Below are positions 38,195 through 52,242 of a DNA stretch of 64,000 nt, piece by piece (position 1 is the first letter of the stretch; the number at the start of each line of letters is the position of its first letter). Location of the stretch: the NCBI RefSeq assembly GCF_030684315.1, contig NC_081355.1, positions 57,087,909 to 57,151,908 on the forward strand. The letters run 5' to 3'. The DNA is from Stegostoma tigrinum. Lineage: Eukaryota. Both the position numbers and the translations under genes were made by a program. The notes below the pieces were generated by a model. That model did not search any database and was not told the origin of the DNA. It saw only the letters and a list, made by a program, of their open reading frames with translations.

Positions 38195-39745
38195 TGAAAA
38201 TTGGCTCTCTCCATCAACACTTCAGATGTCAGATTGGTCTTCCTGGGAGTCAACCCAAGGAAAGTAATGGGCCCAGCCAGTGTTCCCGGCCAAACACTTG
38301 GTTCTTGTGTGAACCAACTGGTGGAGGCATTCACCGACATTGTCAACTTCTCCCTCCTACAAGCCGAAGTCCCAACCTATTTCAAAAAGGCCACCATCGT
38401 CCTGGTACCTAAGAAAACACATGCAATGTGCCTTAATGACTACTGCCCAGTGGCTCTGACCTCAATAATCATGAAGTGCTTCAAGAGGCTGGCTGTGGCC
38501 CACATCAACTCCCGTCTCCCACCCTGTCTCGATCTCTTCCAATTTGCTGACCATGTAGATGTAAAAGCCAAAAGAGAGTGCCATATCCCCAGCACTGCAC
38601 TCATCTGTGGAACATCTGGACATCAAAGACACCTACGTCAGACTCCTCGTCATTGACTACAGTTCCACCTTCAACACCATTATCCCCTCCAGACTGATCT
38701 CAAAACTCAGTCTTGGACTCTGCCCTCTGCAACTAAATCCTCAGCTTTCTGACTCACAGACTGCAATCAGTGAAGATAGGTAATGGCACCTCCTCCACAA
38801 TAACACTCAACACTGAAGACCTCCCCCACTCCCAAAGATGTGTCCTCATAACCCTATCATACTCCATTTACACCTAAGACTGCATTTGGCAAATTCCAAA
38901 CAAATGCCTTCTACAAGTTGGCTGACAACTCCACTGTAGTGAGATAGATATCTAACAATGACAAGTCAAGCTGCAGAAGAGAGATAAAGGGTTTGTTGAC
39001 ATGATGCAATGAGAACAATCTCAATGCCAGCAAAATGAAAGAACTGATCATTGACTTCAGAAAGAAAGGAGGAAAACATGCCCTCATTTACATCAACGGA
39101 ACTGAGGTTGACTTGGTGAACAGCATCAAGTTCCTTGGAGTGATGATAACCGACAGCCTGTCCTGGACCTCTCATGCAGATGCAACAGTCAAGGCGGCAC
39201 AACAATGCATCATCTTCTACAGGCTGCTCTGGAAATTTTGCATGTCCATAAGGTCCCTCACCAATTTCAAGATGGACAATCGAAAACAGAGTGTTTAAAT
39301 GCCTAACAGCCTGGTATGGCAACTGCCCTGCCTAGGATTGTAAGAAGCTACAGAAGGTGGTGTGCACAGCCCAGACCATCACGGAAGCCAACCTCGCATC
39401 CTTGGACTCCATTTACCCAACTTGCTATTGCAGAAAGGCAACATCAAAGACCCATTGCACCCCAGTAATGACCTCCCACAATGTTGTCCATCAGGCACAA
39501 GATACAGAAGCCTGAACATATACACAAACAGGTTCAGGAACAGCTTCTTCCGAGCCGCTATCAGGCTGATGAATGGACTCTCTAGCATCAAATAACGCTG
39601 ATCTTGCTATATTGATATCACCTAGTTCATACCCTGTGTGATGTGACTTGTATGCCTCTAGGACTTGATTTGCAACTCCTTTGCTTACTATGATCAGTCT
39701 GTACCACTTGTAAACAAGCTTTTCACTGTAATTTGGTACACATGA
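38195..39745 (+). mobile_element. Rex1/Babar non-LTR retrotransposon, 5'-truncated and frameshifted
   Basis: ORF 38201-38656 (NPRKVMGP..VPG..L..C..QL...FTDI.N.SL...VP.YFKKATIVLVPKK...LNDYCPVALTSIIMKCFKRL) and 39035 (KELIIDFRK...KFLGVMI...LSW). 3' tail TTTTCACTGTA...CATGACAATAAATCAAAT. Confidence 0.85.
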
Positions 39746-39998
39746 CAATAAATCAAATAATCTAATGCTACCTCTTCAGCCAGAGGGTGAAACATTTCCA
39801 CATTTAGTTGGTCAAGCCTTTCAGATTCTTGTATATTTCAACAAGACCTCATCTCACTTCTAATGTACACAGTTGACATTGCTCAACATTTTTTGTTAGG
39901 TCTTTTGAACCTGGTTTCTCCAGAAAGAACACAGCATCCTTCAGAGCACTTTGTTGGGCTGCAAGAGGGTCAGGGGAAGACAAGCCAAGCTGCCTTCT

Positions 39999-40082
39999 GT
40001 CTAGGCCCGAAATGTCAGCTTTTGTGCTCCTGAGATGCTGCTTGGCCTGCTGGGTTCGTCCAGCTTCACACTTTGTTATCTC
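39999..40082 (+). mobile_element. Solo Penelope pLTR fragment
   Basis: GTCTAGGCCCGAAATGTCAGCTTTTGTGCTCCTGAGATGCTGC...CACACTTTGTTATC. Confidence 0.8.
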
Positions 40083-40496
40083 TCTTTGTTATCACTTTTC
40101 ATGGAATTAGCTTTTATATAGCAAGTTTAAATGTCCACTGTGAACAGGGGATAAATGGCAGTAAACGCGCAAGTAGTTGAGTGAGTGAATGGGTAGGGTG
40201 AGATAGGTTGACTGAGGGGTTGTTGGGCATTAGTGTAATATGTAGTTGCCCAGTCCGTGATTGGTCAGTTCGGCATTTACATAAGATTTTAATTTGTCTA
40301 ATACGCTGAAACAAACCTGTATTTATATAGTAACTCATTATGTCTTCTGGATGGACCAAAGTACCAGACATCTATTTTTGAAGTGCAATCACTACTGTTG
40401 CACAAGTAACTGGAATGACTGGTCTCACAGAATTCAAATACATCAACTGCCAAACAGTTTGATTTTGCTAGGTTTGGTTGAAGCAATAAATACATC

Positions 40497-40623
40497 TACC
40501 ACTGTCTGAGATAACAAAGTGTGGAGCTGGATGAACGCAGCAGGCCAAGCAGCATCTCAGGAGCACAAGAGCTGACGTTTCGGGCCTAGACATTTCATCA
40601 GAGAGGAGATACCACTGTCTGAG
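40497..40623 (-). mobile_element. Solo ~100-bp Penelope pLTR with TSD and decayed hammerhead
   Basis: TACCACTGTCTGAG repeated at 40497-40510 and 40610-40623. Reverse strand reads CTGATGAAATGTCTAGGCCCGAAACGTCAG. Confidence 0.82.
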
Positions 40624-41739
40624 GTCCTCCTGCTGAGGTCTATTCAGTTATTGGACCTTCTTGGTGCCTCAAATGCATGTAAATATAGTCCAGTATAAAT
40701 AACAGATCTTTTGGTTTGTTTGTTGGTTACAGTCAAATTCCAATGTTTGCTTGTTTTCTTCATGTTATTGTACAGAACTGAATTACATTTGTGACTATGT
40801 ATATAAAAACAATCTTTTAGGAAGAAGCTATATTTTTGAAACTTTTTTTTAAAAAAAGTACATCCACTGGTAGAATTTCCTGCAAACCTTTGGGTAATTC
40901 CAGGAGTTTTTTTTTTACACAGATTGGAGCAGGGAGACATGACTCATCGTCGATAGCTAATCCAAAATGCAGCATACCTGATACTGCAGCAATTCCTTGC
41001 TACTGCAATGAAATTCACAGCAGATTACATACTCAAGTTCTGAGCTGTGCTTGGACACATGATCATTAGACGGTGGTAAAATTTCCAACAAAGCAGCAAT
41101 CCTGCAATATTTTCAGTACTGTGGAATAACTGAGAAGAAAATATACAGTAAATTTGTATCAAAGATAAGTGTTGGGGAGCTAAGTTTCATAGCACATGAA
41201 AATGAATGAAAAGATTGCAGTAAGTCCACTTTAATTAATTATGATGCAAATAGAATGCCAAATATGAGCCATCTGTTCATTTAAATAATTTTGATGTCCA
41301 GCCAGCATTAACTGCACAACATAAAGCTAATATTATGAGAGGTTTACACCACTTTAAGCTAAAATAAAAAAATGTAATAATCAGATTGGACACTATCTAT
41401 AGAGAGAATAAGAGTTGGGTGTTTAAATGTTAGCTGTGTTTCTCCACACAGATGCTGCTTTACTAGTTCAGTATTTCCAGAATTTTCTTTTATTTCAGAT
41501 TTTCAGCATCTATATTACTTCACTTTTACATCAGTTCCACTCTATACCAGGCTACATTACATAACAGTGAAGCATAGGGGTAACTGACTGACTGGAGCAC
41601 ATCCTGACAGTCCTGGAGGAAGCTGGAAGCCAAATGAAGCTAGGCAAGAATCTGTCTTAGAGCCTTTAGAAGATGAGTAACTAAAGTGTACTTACAGAGA
41701 GTAAGGGGCATGTGGTCAATGTTTGAGTGAGACAATAAG

Positions 41740-44200
41740 GATTCGACCTTGGGGAATTTGAAAGTGGAAATTTGGTATTTTTAGCATGGGATCGGGGCGG
41801 GGGGGGGGGGGGTGGTCATGCTTCAAATACAGTTTACTACACTATGATATGGTCACTGAATGGTGAGTGACATGAGGTCTGCTGACTAAGCAGCTTCTGT
41901 TCTAGATGATGATGATGATAATGGTACCTTGGAGCACTAGTGCAACAGCCAAGCCTGTGTCAGCACAGGCAGCCCAGAAGCATAGGACAGAAAGAGAGGA
42001 ATCTGATAGTACTAGTGGCAGCTGATTCATTAGTTTTGGGAATTGACAGGTGCTTTTGTGGCCATAGGCATGACTTCAGAATGGCACGTTGATTTCTTTG
42101 CAGGCAAAATCAAGGATGGCACAAAGCAATGCAAGATGTTCTTCAGGGGAAGGGTGTCAGCCAGAGGTCATGAAAATGTAGATACCAATAACATAGGCAG
42201 GAAGCGGGATACGGTCCTACAGACACGACATAGGTAACAAACCAGGAAGCAGGACCTCAAAAGTTGCCATCTCTGGATGACTCCCAGTGCCATATACAAG
42301 TGTGTACAGAAATAGAAGAACAATACAGATGAACGCATAGCTGGGAAGAAGACACAGGAGGAGATACATTAGATTCTGGGGACATGCTCTGGGGGATACA
42401 ACACGTATGAGCTAGAGAGGTTGCATCAGGATTGAGCTCCTTGTAGGGCATTTCACTAGTGCTGTTAGAAGGCTTTATGATACAGAGACATGATTATAAG
42501 GAGGTCAAAACAAGGAATTAAATATTCAGAGGTTATAGGACAGAGGGGAAAGGAATGGTGGGGTAGCAATGTTAGCATGTGATGGAATAAATACAAGAAC
42601 AAGAAAGTATCTTGGATTAGGCAATGTAGAATCCATACAGGTGGAGGTAACAAATAAGGGGAAGACAATATTAGTGGGTGTAATCAATAGACCTCATAAA
42701 AGTAGCTGGTTTATAGGATATAGTAAATCAGAAGATAATGACGGCAGGCAAAAGAGACAGTACATTAGTCATGGCTGGCTTTAATCTTCAAATAGATTCG
42801 AAAAATGAAGTTGGCAAAGGTGGCTGTGAGGAAGGATTCATATTGTACTCCAGATAGTTTCTAAGAATAAAATGCTATAAAATCTGTCGAGGATCAGGCT
42901 ATTTTGGATTTTGTAATGTGTACTGAGGCTGGTTTAATAAATGCTCTCAGAGTAAAAAAAATCCTAGGGAACAGTTACCATAACATGGTAGAACTTAGCA
43001 TTTAATTTGTGAGTGATAAACTCAAATAAGAGTAATCAGGTGGGAATGTGGACAGAATTGGCTGCAGTGGGCTCAAATGTAGTATGGCATAAAAGATGGT
43101 TGAGGAACATTGTCAGAGTTGACACACAGCAAAGATATATTCCCATGATGGAGGAGGATTCTAGGAAGGGGCTAACCAGGGAAGCTAAGAATTACATCAA
43201 TAGAAAGAAAATTGCCAATGTTACAAAGATTAGTGGTAAATTAGTGAACTGAGAAAGTTTCAAAAGCCAAGAAAATATGACAAAAATAGCAAAGAAGGAG
43301 AAAATACATACATGCACCAGAAAGTAATCAGACAGTAACAGCTTCTTTGAATATAAAAAGGGAAGACAGCCAACATTGAAATTAGGCCCCTTAAAGAATA
43401 GGGTGGGAAAATAACAGGAGCCAAAAATAGCAGGAGCTGAATAAACACTTTGCATTAGTCTTCACGGTACAGGACATTAATGACATTCCAAAAAACATTA
43501 CGTAATCAAGAGGCTAATGGGGAAGGAGGAGGAAATAAACACAATAACAATCATTACAGAAAAAGTTGTCTGGAGACAAATGGGGCTAAAAACCTAAGGT
43601 TGCCTGGGACCTGATGGATTGCATCCTCGGAAATGAAAGTAGCAGCTACAAAGATAGTTGACACTGGCATTAATTTTCCAAGAATTCTTAGACTCTGGGT
43701 AAATTCCAGAGGATTGGAAAACTATCAATGTAACATCCCTACTCATAAAGGAAGGGAGACACAAGTAACTATATGGTAGTTAGTTTATCACCCACCTTTG
43801 GAAAAAAAAAGTCAGAAATGCATAATGTAATCTAGTTAAATCAGCAATGGCATCATGAAGGGGAAATCATGTCTGAGAAAACTATATTTAATGGAGGCAT
43901 TTTCAGGAAGGCAGTTGGCAAGTTTTATCCAGTGGAGTGCAACAGGAACCAGTGTTGGGGGCTACAATTATTTACAGTAAGTATTAATGATTTGGATGAG
44001 GGAAGTGAATGTACTAGTGCCAAATTTGTGGTAGATGCAAAGTAGATGGGAAGGTAAGAGACAAGCATGACACGAGCAGACTACAGAGGTATGAAGACAA
44101 GTTAAGAGAGTGAGCAAAAATTTTGCTATGGAATATAATGAGGGAAAAAATCATGTTATACACTTTAGCAGAAAGAACAGGAGAATAGAAAATTATTTTC
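41740..44200 (+). mobile_element. Long, heavily decayed CR1 (ORF1 esterase-like region, APE endonuclease, RT)
   Basis: GATTCATTAGTTTTGGGAATTGACAGG..TTTTGTGGCC (GDS...GIDR.FCG) near 42025; EN-like ESIQVEVTN.KG.TILVGV..RP at ~42630; CCTGGGACCTGATGGATTGCATCC; GGGGAAATCATGTCTGA; GGAGTGCAACAGGAACCAGTGTTGGG. Confidence 0.7.
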
Positions 44201-45309
44201 ACATTTACATGAATACACTGAAAAGTTTAACAAGTCACCCCACCACTGCACTCTACTTCAATGACAGAAATCGTACTCAATAATAAAACAAAAAGTAAAA
44301 TTAAGACAGAGTTCAAGACAGTTCAGTTAGTGGCTCTTGGAAAGCTGATTAGGGAATGATGGAATATCCTGAAGACACATCCGGGATGAGACCACCATTC
44401 CAGGACGAGACCACCACTGGGCCAGAAGCCAGTGACTGTGATTCCGCATCAAGTTTGCAATGACAGTGGAAAGGACAAGGAATCTGACGGGGGGATGGGG
44501 TGGGTCAAGAAAGAGTTGGCTGCGATGGAGCAAGCGTGGAGTTGGGCCAGATAAACTGAAGTGAAGGCAGATGGGAAAAGGTATAGCTGAACAATGGGAT
44601 ACCTTCAAAGAAGATGTGGTTTGAACATAGTAGCTGAGCGATATACTCTCAAAGGGGAAAAGAAGACAAAACAAACACAAAGTTCCTTGGATGAAACAGG
44701 AAATAGAAACTGAAATAAAGAAAAAGTGTACTTACAACAAACAACATTCCCTCTAAGCTGTTCAGAGGGTCCATCAACACAATCAGTGTGTGGATGCATT
44801 GATTTGCAGTTTCAAAAGTTGCTGCTGTACGCAGACCTGCATAGCAGCAAGAAAAATTAGGAGTGATGTAGACGACGAGTTTCAGACAGAAAATACAACT
44901 GAAAACCAAGTTAAACAGAGAAGAATCAGAAGGGAAGTTAAGGTAAAGTAAATAAAAGCGGAAGAAGGGATTATGAGAAAAGACTAACAACTAACATTAA
45001 ACGGGAATTCCAAAATTGTCTACAGGTATAAAAACAACAAAAGAATGGTAAGAGGAGGAATAGGGACGAAAAAAAGACTTGCATATAGAGGCGGTGGCAT
45101 GGCTGAGCTGTTAAACAAATATTTTGCATTTGCCCTTGCTAACAAAGATGCCATCCAAGACATAGTGACAGTCACTAGAGGGATTTAAAATTACTTAAGG
45201 TGGTGTACTGGACAGGCTGTTGGTACTTCAAGTCAGTAAGTTGCTGGTGCCAGATGAGATGCACCAAAACTCATGTAAGGACAAGACAGTAGAAATTACA
45301 GAGAAGAAT

Positions 45310-46082
45310 CCCAGGCCCTAAGAAGACCTTCCACATCAAACAGATGTTCACCAGCAAATCTGCTAATGTGGTATACTGTATCCGCTGTTCCCGTTGTGAC
45401 TTCCTCTATATCGAGGAAACCGAGCAGAGGCTTGGGGGCCGCTTTGTGGAACACCTATGCTAGGTTTGCATCAAACAACTACACCTCCCAATCGTAAACT
45501 ATTTCACCTCCCACTCCTTGGATGACATGTCCATCCTGGGCCTCCTGCATTGCCTCAATGATGCCACCCGAAGGCCACAGGAACAGCATCTCATATTTCA
45601 CTTGGGAACAGTGCAGCCCAATGGTATCAACATGGACTCCACAGCTTCAAAATCTCCCCTTACCTGACTGCATCCCAAAACTAGCTCATCTTAACCCCGC
45701 CTCCCTAGCCCTCGCACCTCAAGCCCCAACTCCATCTCCTACCCACTAACATCATCCCACCTCCATAACCTGTCCGTCCTCCCTGGACCAACCTATCCCC
45801 TCCGTAACTCCCCACCTACATTCACCTTTATTGGCTCCAACCCCACCTCTTTGACCTGTCTGTCTCCTCTCCAACTATCTTCTCCTTTATCCATCTTCTA
45901 TCCGCCTCCCGCTTTCTCCCTATATGTTTCAGAATCCCCTTTCCCTCCTCCATTTCTGAAGAAGAATCTCGACCCGAAACGTCAGCTTTCCTGCTCCTCT
46001 GATGCTGCTTGGCCTGCTGTGTTCGTCCAGCTCTACACCTTGTTATCTCAGATTCTCCAGCATCGGCAGTTCCTACTATCTC
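45310..46082 (+). mobile_element. Penelope-like element 3' fragment (GIY-YIG remnant, pLTR and tail)
   Basis: Paralogous to 13315-14070 (GTGGTATACTGTATCCGCTG..CTCTATATCGAGGAAACC..). Decayed core CTGAAGA...GACCCGAAACGTCAG at ~45956-45985. Tail GATTCTCCAGCATCGGCAGTTCCTACTATC. Confidence 0.88.
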
Positions 46083-46933
46083 GGAAATTGCAGAGGCACT
46101 GGCAAGTTTTTCAATGTCACCTCAACTCGGGAATGGTGGCACAAGGGTGGAGAATTACAAACGGAACGCTTATTATAACAATGTGATTCCAGGCCAAAGC
46201 ACTGCCATGAACTTCCACCTGCGCTCTGGCATGGCCTAATAACCCCCTTAGTTGTGACAGTACACTAACTCCACCCAATCCTGCAAAGTCACTAACACCT
46301 GAGGAGATGTGTCCCACAGACGAGTAAAACAACAGCCTGCCACATTCATCTTCTCATACCATATGGCCAATGTCCCGGCCCCCTCTTTCACAATCTCTTA
46401 GTTTGCCCTGCACTGTAGCCAGAGGTGGCTACACAGCAATATGCAGTTGCATGGTACTAATACTGAAAATTCTTAACATTAAAACTAGACTGCGTGAAGA
46501 CTCATAGCTTCAAGCCAAACCTAGCAAGGAAATCTCCTACTGATTACCACATTCTGCCCACCCTTCGCTGATAATCAGTATTACTCCACAATAAACATCA
46601 CTTGGTAGTAAAATTGAGAATAGCATAAGCACAAAATATACTCTAGGTAGGGGGATTTAGTGTCTGTCATCAAGAGTGGCTTGGTAGAACCAATGTTTCT
46701 TGCCTTCAATCCCATTTAGGTTTCCTGATGTCACACTCTGCCAAAAGCTGTCTTAATGCCAAAAGGTCTGTACCACCTGAAATCACCCTTGAGTGGATAG
46801 CTCTTTTATCCATGTTTGGACGAAGGCTGTAATGCAGTCAGGAGCTGAGTGGCCCTGGCAAAACTCAAACCAAGTACCAGAGAGCAGGCTAGTTGCAAAA
46901 ATGTTAGTTGATGGCATTGTCTATTACACCTTC

Positions 46934-47162
46934 CATTACTGTCAATACAGTGTGGAGCGTGAGGAACACAGCAGGTCAGCAGCATCAAAGGATCAGGAAA
47001 GTCGATGTTTCGGGTTTACACCCTTCATCAGGGCTGGCTGCACACTGGGTGCGCACCTGAAACATCAATATTCATGCTCCTCTGATGCTGCCTGACTTGC
47101 TGTGTTCCTCCAGCTCCACACTGTATTGACTCCAACTCCAGCATCTGCAACATTCATTACTG
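46934..47162. mobile_element. Fold-back mini Penelope element (older subfamily) nested in a minus-strand LINE fragment (~46760-47900)
   Basis: Arms ~46941-47015 and ~47055-47130; CATTACTG repeated at 46934-46941 and 47155-47162. Minus-strand core CTGATGA-A-GGGT-GTAA-ACCC-GAAA-CATC at 47004-47031. Confidence 0.8.
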
Positions 47163-48618
47163 CACTGATGACTGAGGGCAGATTGATGCAATTGTAATTG
47201 ATTGGGTTAGATTTGTCCTATTGGTTTGTGCGCAGGTTATACCTGGATAGTCTTCCACATTGCCGGTAAATGCCTGTGATGTAGTTGCAAGGGACAGCTT
47301 CATTTGGGCATTACTAGTTTTGAAGCACAAGTCTTCATACGCTATCAGGGCCTACTGTCTTTGCTGTATCTAATGTCTTCAGCTATTTGAGCCATTACAT
47401 AGAACGCATCAAAATGGCTGAAGATGGGCACCTGCAATGGTGGGGATCTCAAGAGAAGGTGGAAATAGATCCTTCACTTGACATTACAGGTTGTGCATGA
47501 TTAAAATGTCTCAGCCCTGCTGTTAGCACTGACATGCTGGGTTCTCCCATTATTAAGAATGGGAATGTTTCTGCAGCTTCCTGCTCCGGTTTGTTGTTTA
47601 AATTCCCACAAACATTCACAGCCTAATATGGCAGGACTGCAGTTCAATCTTAGTTACTAGTAGTGGGTTTGCTTAGCTCCACCTGTAGCATTCTGCTAAT
47701 GCTGTTTGGCAATGCAAGTATTCCTGTGATGTAGTTTCATCAGGTTTTGCACATTAGTTTTAGCTATGCCCAATGCTGCTCCTAGCTTTCTCTCTTGGAT
47801 TCGTTGTTGAAACAGAATTGATATCCTGGCTTTATGGTAATGGAAAAATGAGGGATTTGCTAGGCCAAGAGGTTATAGATTGTGGTTGCTTCTTGAGAAA
47901 AGTGACAAAGCAGCAATATTACTGGACTAATGTTGCTTTGAGGACACCTGTGTAAATCCCACTATAGCAGCTGGTATAATTTATGTTCAATTATTAAATC
48001 TGAAGTTAAAAACTATGAAATCATGAATGATTAGATTATCCTTAAAAAAACTCATCTGGTTCAGTTTAGGGAGGGTAACTTACCATCTTTACGTTGTCTG
48101 GCCTTTTCGTGAATCCAGCCCGTAGAAGCAAGATAATCTATACCAGATGAATTGCAATGATTGAAGACACCAGCTCATCAAAGCCTCCATATAGGCAATT
48201 CTCACATCCCATTAAAGAAAACAAAGCTATGGACTTAAACGTGATGCAGCATCTGATTGTCAATGCTGCAGCTTCCACTACATCAGCAGCAGCAAGCTGA
48301 TGCTTGATTTCTGCTGTGGGAGCTCAAACAATTACCAGCATGTCTATGGAGCACTGCATGCAAAGAGGGCTGTATGGTGTCACTGCTGTCCAGAAATATA
48401 ACCTTCTACTGATTGCTGGGATTGCCAAAGTATCACCCAGAGCTTCTCTGAGAGGAAGACAGCATGCGTCCTCCCACAATCATCTGCCAATGCCCTTGCT
48501 GTTACCCATCAACCAGATAGGGGAGATTGCTGCTTTCCCTCAAAGTTGACGCAGTATTCAGGTAGGCCAATAGGCACCATTCACAACCAGTCGTAAGCAG
48601 TTCTTGCACTGTTCTACG

Positions 48619-48745
48619 TCACAGATGGCCCTGTAGCAGATGGCAGATTTCAGTGAGGACGTTCTTTCTGAAGTGCAAACATCTCATCAGTTGCTCCTCA
48701 CTGTTGTCCGGAAAGCAGAACTGCTCTTTGTAAAAATTGTGCCTA
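48619..48745 (-). mobile_element. Possible PIF/Harbinger transposase remnant
   Basis: Peptide SEEQLMRCLHFRKNVLTEICHLLQ resembles the N-terminal helix region of Harbinger (HARBI1-like) transposases; short and decayed. Confidence 0.4.
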
Positions 48746-50319
48746 TTTTTTTTCCATGGACTAGTGACCAATTTTAAATGAAAAGGCCTTTTGCCTGCCA
48801 ACAACTGTGTGATTGGTACCCAGGTAACTGAATAGTTTAGGATTAGCAGCAAATTAGGGAAAATTGTTTTAATCTTCACCAGCACAAATGCTGTCTCCCT
48901 CTATTCTCTGCACTTAAAATCTATTTCAAACTTGAAGGAAAGCAGTTCATCGTTCCTTTAGAAGTTGTAAGCTGTAACCTTTCATTGCAGTACCCTTGTG
49001 TCTCTTGAAAACCATTGGTAGCATCCAAAGACTGACGATTGCAAAGCAACATTCTGACCAGCATAAGATCATAAAGATTATCTCAGCAGCCTGTGAACAG
49101 ACACTCCACTGCTCTTAATCTACTTGCCTTGTCTGTTTGTTTGTGTGTTTTTAAAGGGTAGTTTAAAATGGGATTAAAGTTTTAATTTGTAACATTAAAC
49201 ATTGATGGGGTTTAAATGTTTTCCTGTAGTAAGAATCAAATTGCTTATCATAAATAGGATTTCTTGTCAAGTGCATTCACATGGTCTGTGCTTTCTATTA
49301 ATCTGGGTCTGAAAATCTGGTAAATTGGGGGATTTGTGTACTTACTTTAAAATCTTTAACTTTTATGACAACTTTGGGAATAATGAGGCTTGAGTTCTAA
49401 CATCCTAACCCAGTGCATTGTGACATCTCTAACTGATGTGGACAGATAGTGCTTTTTGAGAGCCCTCCTTTCCCTACTACTCCCAGCAGCTTTCCCTGCT
49501 GTGTACTGTGTCTGCTCTTTCTCCAAGTTGAGCTGTATTCTCAGGGTAATGTCTAGTGGTACTACACTCAGGTCTGGGAGTAATCAGTTTTACAGAAGCC
49601 TTGAAGTCAACATTGACTCTTTTAACATCCATCACACCCCTGCTTGAAGATTCTTACAACTTTAAACAACTTTATCAAGCACCAAACATGTGTAGAACTA
49701 AGAGCCCGAAGTAATCAACCAGAGACCAACCTTTAAGAAATTGACCATCCCTTTAAATAGGACCACTTGTGGATTTGATTGGGTTGCCTTTCCGACTGCC
49801 AGTAGTTGTGCAGGCAGCATGACAACTTCATGTTATCTATTCACGTCAACAATTTATTTCCATGTTAACTAGCTGCATGCAACAAAAGAATCTAATGTTA
49901 ACAGTGGAAGCGCCATTTAAGGTAGCCTTCAAATCAAGGTGAGGTTATGGGGGGGCAATGAAGCCAGGCCATGACCGACAGTCATGCAGGAGTGATTCTC
50001 ATTCAGGACACAAAGAAGAATGGAACAAGATATAAAGCAACTGTGACTTATGCAGAAATTATGAATTCAGCAAAGATTCCTGAAACAGCTGCCACAGCAC
50101 TCACTGTAAACTAACAGCAACACTAGAAATGATGTGAAACATTGTGCAGCTGTAGAATTGAAGTAGAAGCAGAAGATAACAAACAGCAATTAACCTGTCA
50201 GTCGTTTATAGGTCCCTATTAAACAGCACTGGCATGAGGTTCCTCCTGCGTCTGAACACATGTTCAGCTGTATGAGGCTAAGAAAAAAGTATTTGCTGAG
50301 GCCTGCATCTCTGCAGAGT

Positions 50320-51740
50320 TCCTCACGGTAACGTCCCCAGTCCAACTATGTCAGCTGCCTCATCAATGACATTACCTCAAAAGTGAGAATGTTCAACACT
50401 ATTTGTAACTCCTCAGATACTGAGGTAATCCATTCCCATATTCAGCAAGACGTAGACAATATCAAGGTTTGGGCCACCAAGAAATAAGTAACATCTGCCT
50501 ATCTCAAATGTCAGGCAAGGACCATCTCCGACAAGACAGAATTGCCTATTGACATTCAATGGCAGTACCCTGCTTTCAAAATCTTCAGTGGAGGTGGTGT
50601 GGTTAAAATTGGTCAGAAACTGAACTAGCATTAGAATTAACTTTATTGTGGCATGTACTCAAATAAGTGCAGTCAAAAATTTACAAGTCACCACTTACAC
50701 CACCATCTTAGGTACAAAAGGTATCTAACGTACAGATTTTTTAGTACAAATTCTCTGGGAAAAGAAATTAGAAAAATTCAGAAATAAAAAGTCCAGGATT
50801 TCAGATCACAGGAATAGATTTGAAAAATAAAGAAATAAAAAGTTCAGAATAACAGTCCTGCAACCCAGTTCATGCCAGCACCTAGCCTCTGGCCTGCACC
50901 GGGCTTTGATACCAGGCCAAGGCAGGCTTCACCTAGAGGCTGGAAGACCGCTCTGGAATCATCTCGAGGCCACACTGAGCTGAAATACTTCCATGTCGGG
51001 CCGAGAGATCACTATGCCAGGCCTGTACTGAGGCTGGGAGTTCAGGACATTGCCAAGAAAAGATGGAACAAAAACATGAGAGAGGAAGAAAAAGAGAGAA
51101 GAAAAGAAACGGATGGAGACTATGAGCTCCTGCTGAAGAGTCCCATTCTACCGTCATCTTGCTTGCAACTAGACTAGCCATATTAACACTGCAACTTAAA
51201 ACAGCTGGTCAGAGGATAGGAATCTTGCAGGGAATAACACATCCCTTGATTCCATAAGCATGTCTACTATCTACATAGTCAGCAGTATGATGGAATACTC
51301 ACCATTTGCATAGTGACAACAACACTCTAGAATCTTGAAACCATTCAGGACAAAGCAGCCCACTTGGTTTGCACCATATCCACAAGTAGCAGCAGCAGTA
51401 GGAGCATCTACAAGGTCTACTGCAGAAATTCACCAAGGCTCCTTAGACAGGATTTTGCAAACTCACAATCATTGCCAGAAGGACAAGGCATGTGGGGCAT
51501 CAACACTTCCAAGATCACCGTCCAAGCAACTTGCAACCTTGACTTGGAAATGTATTGTCGTTCCTTCAGTATCATATCAGTCAATTAAAATCCCAGAACA
51601 CCCTCCCTTGCAGTACTGTGGATCTATCTACAGCAAACGAACTGCTGCAGTTTAAGGAGGCATCTCACCACCACCTTCTCAAGGTCAACTAGATTGGGCA
51701 ATAAATGCTGGGCCAGGCAGTGATGTCCAAACCTCATGAG
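50320..51740 (+). mobile_element. CR1/L2-group LINE 3' portion, interrupted at ~50632-51168
   Basis: CAGCTGCCTCATCAATGAC (SCFIND), GGAATACTC.CCA.TTGC, ending CACCACCACCTTCTCAAGG..AACTAG..TGGGCAATAAATGCTGG, the tail shared with the 27735 SINE. Confidence 0.7.
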
Positions 51741-52242
51741 CATATAGCAAGAAAAGCTCCAAAATAGTGCTGCTGAGGTGAAATTAACATTATATGTTCA
51801 TTGATATCATGACCTGTTTGCTCTGCATTCTTCCAGTGGCATGCCAAAATCCTTACCAAGATGGTGTCGGGTAATTCACCCACAAAATGTGGACACGTGC
51901 CACAGGCATTATTTTGGGGCTGTAAGTGCTTTTGCAACAAAGGCAAAAATGATCTAAATTTCACATTCAAAATGTAGCACTTGAATTATTCTTAAGTCTC
52001 ATTTAGAATCAACAGAATCTGAGAATGCATAATGGTTCTATTTGCAATTGGTAACCTTGAATCTGATGATAGTTTGAATTATCTCAGTGCTAATTTTCCA
52101 CTTGTGAAGGTACATAGCTGAATAACTGAAATAATTCATGATAGTGCTTTATGCTTTATGCAGATCATGCAGTTAATGCAGGAAACGAGCCACGTTCACA
52201 TTTGATTCAATCAATTCTGGCAGCATAGGTGATGAAAAAAGG

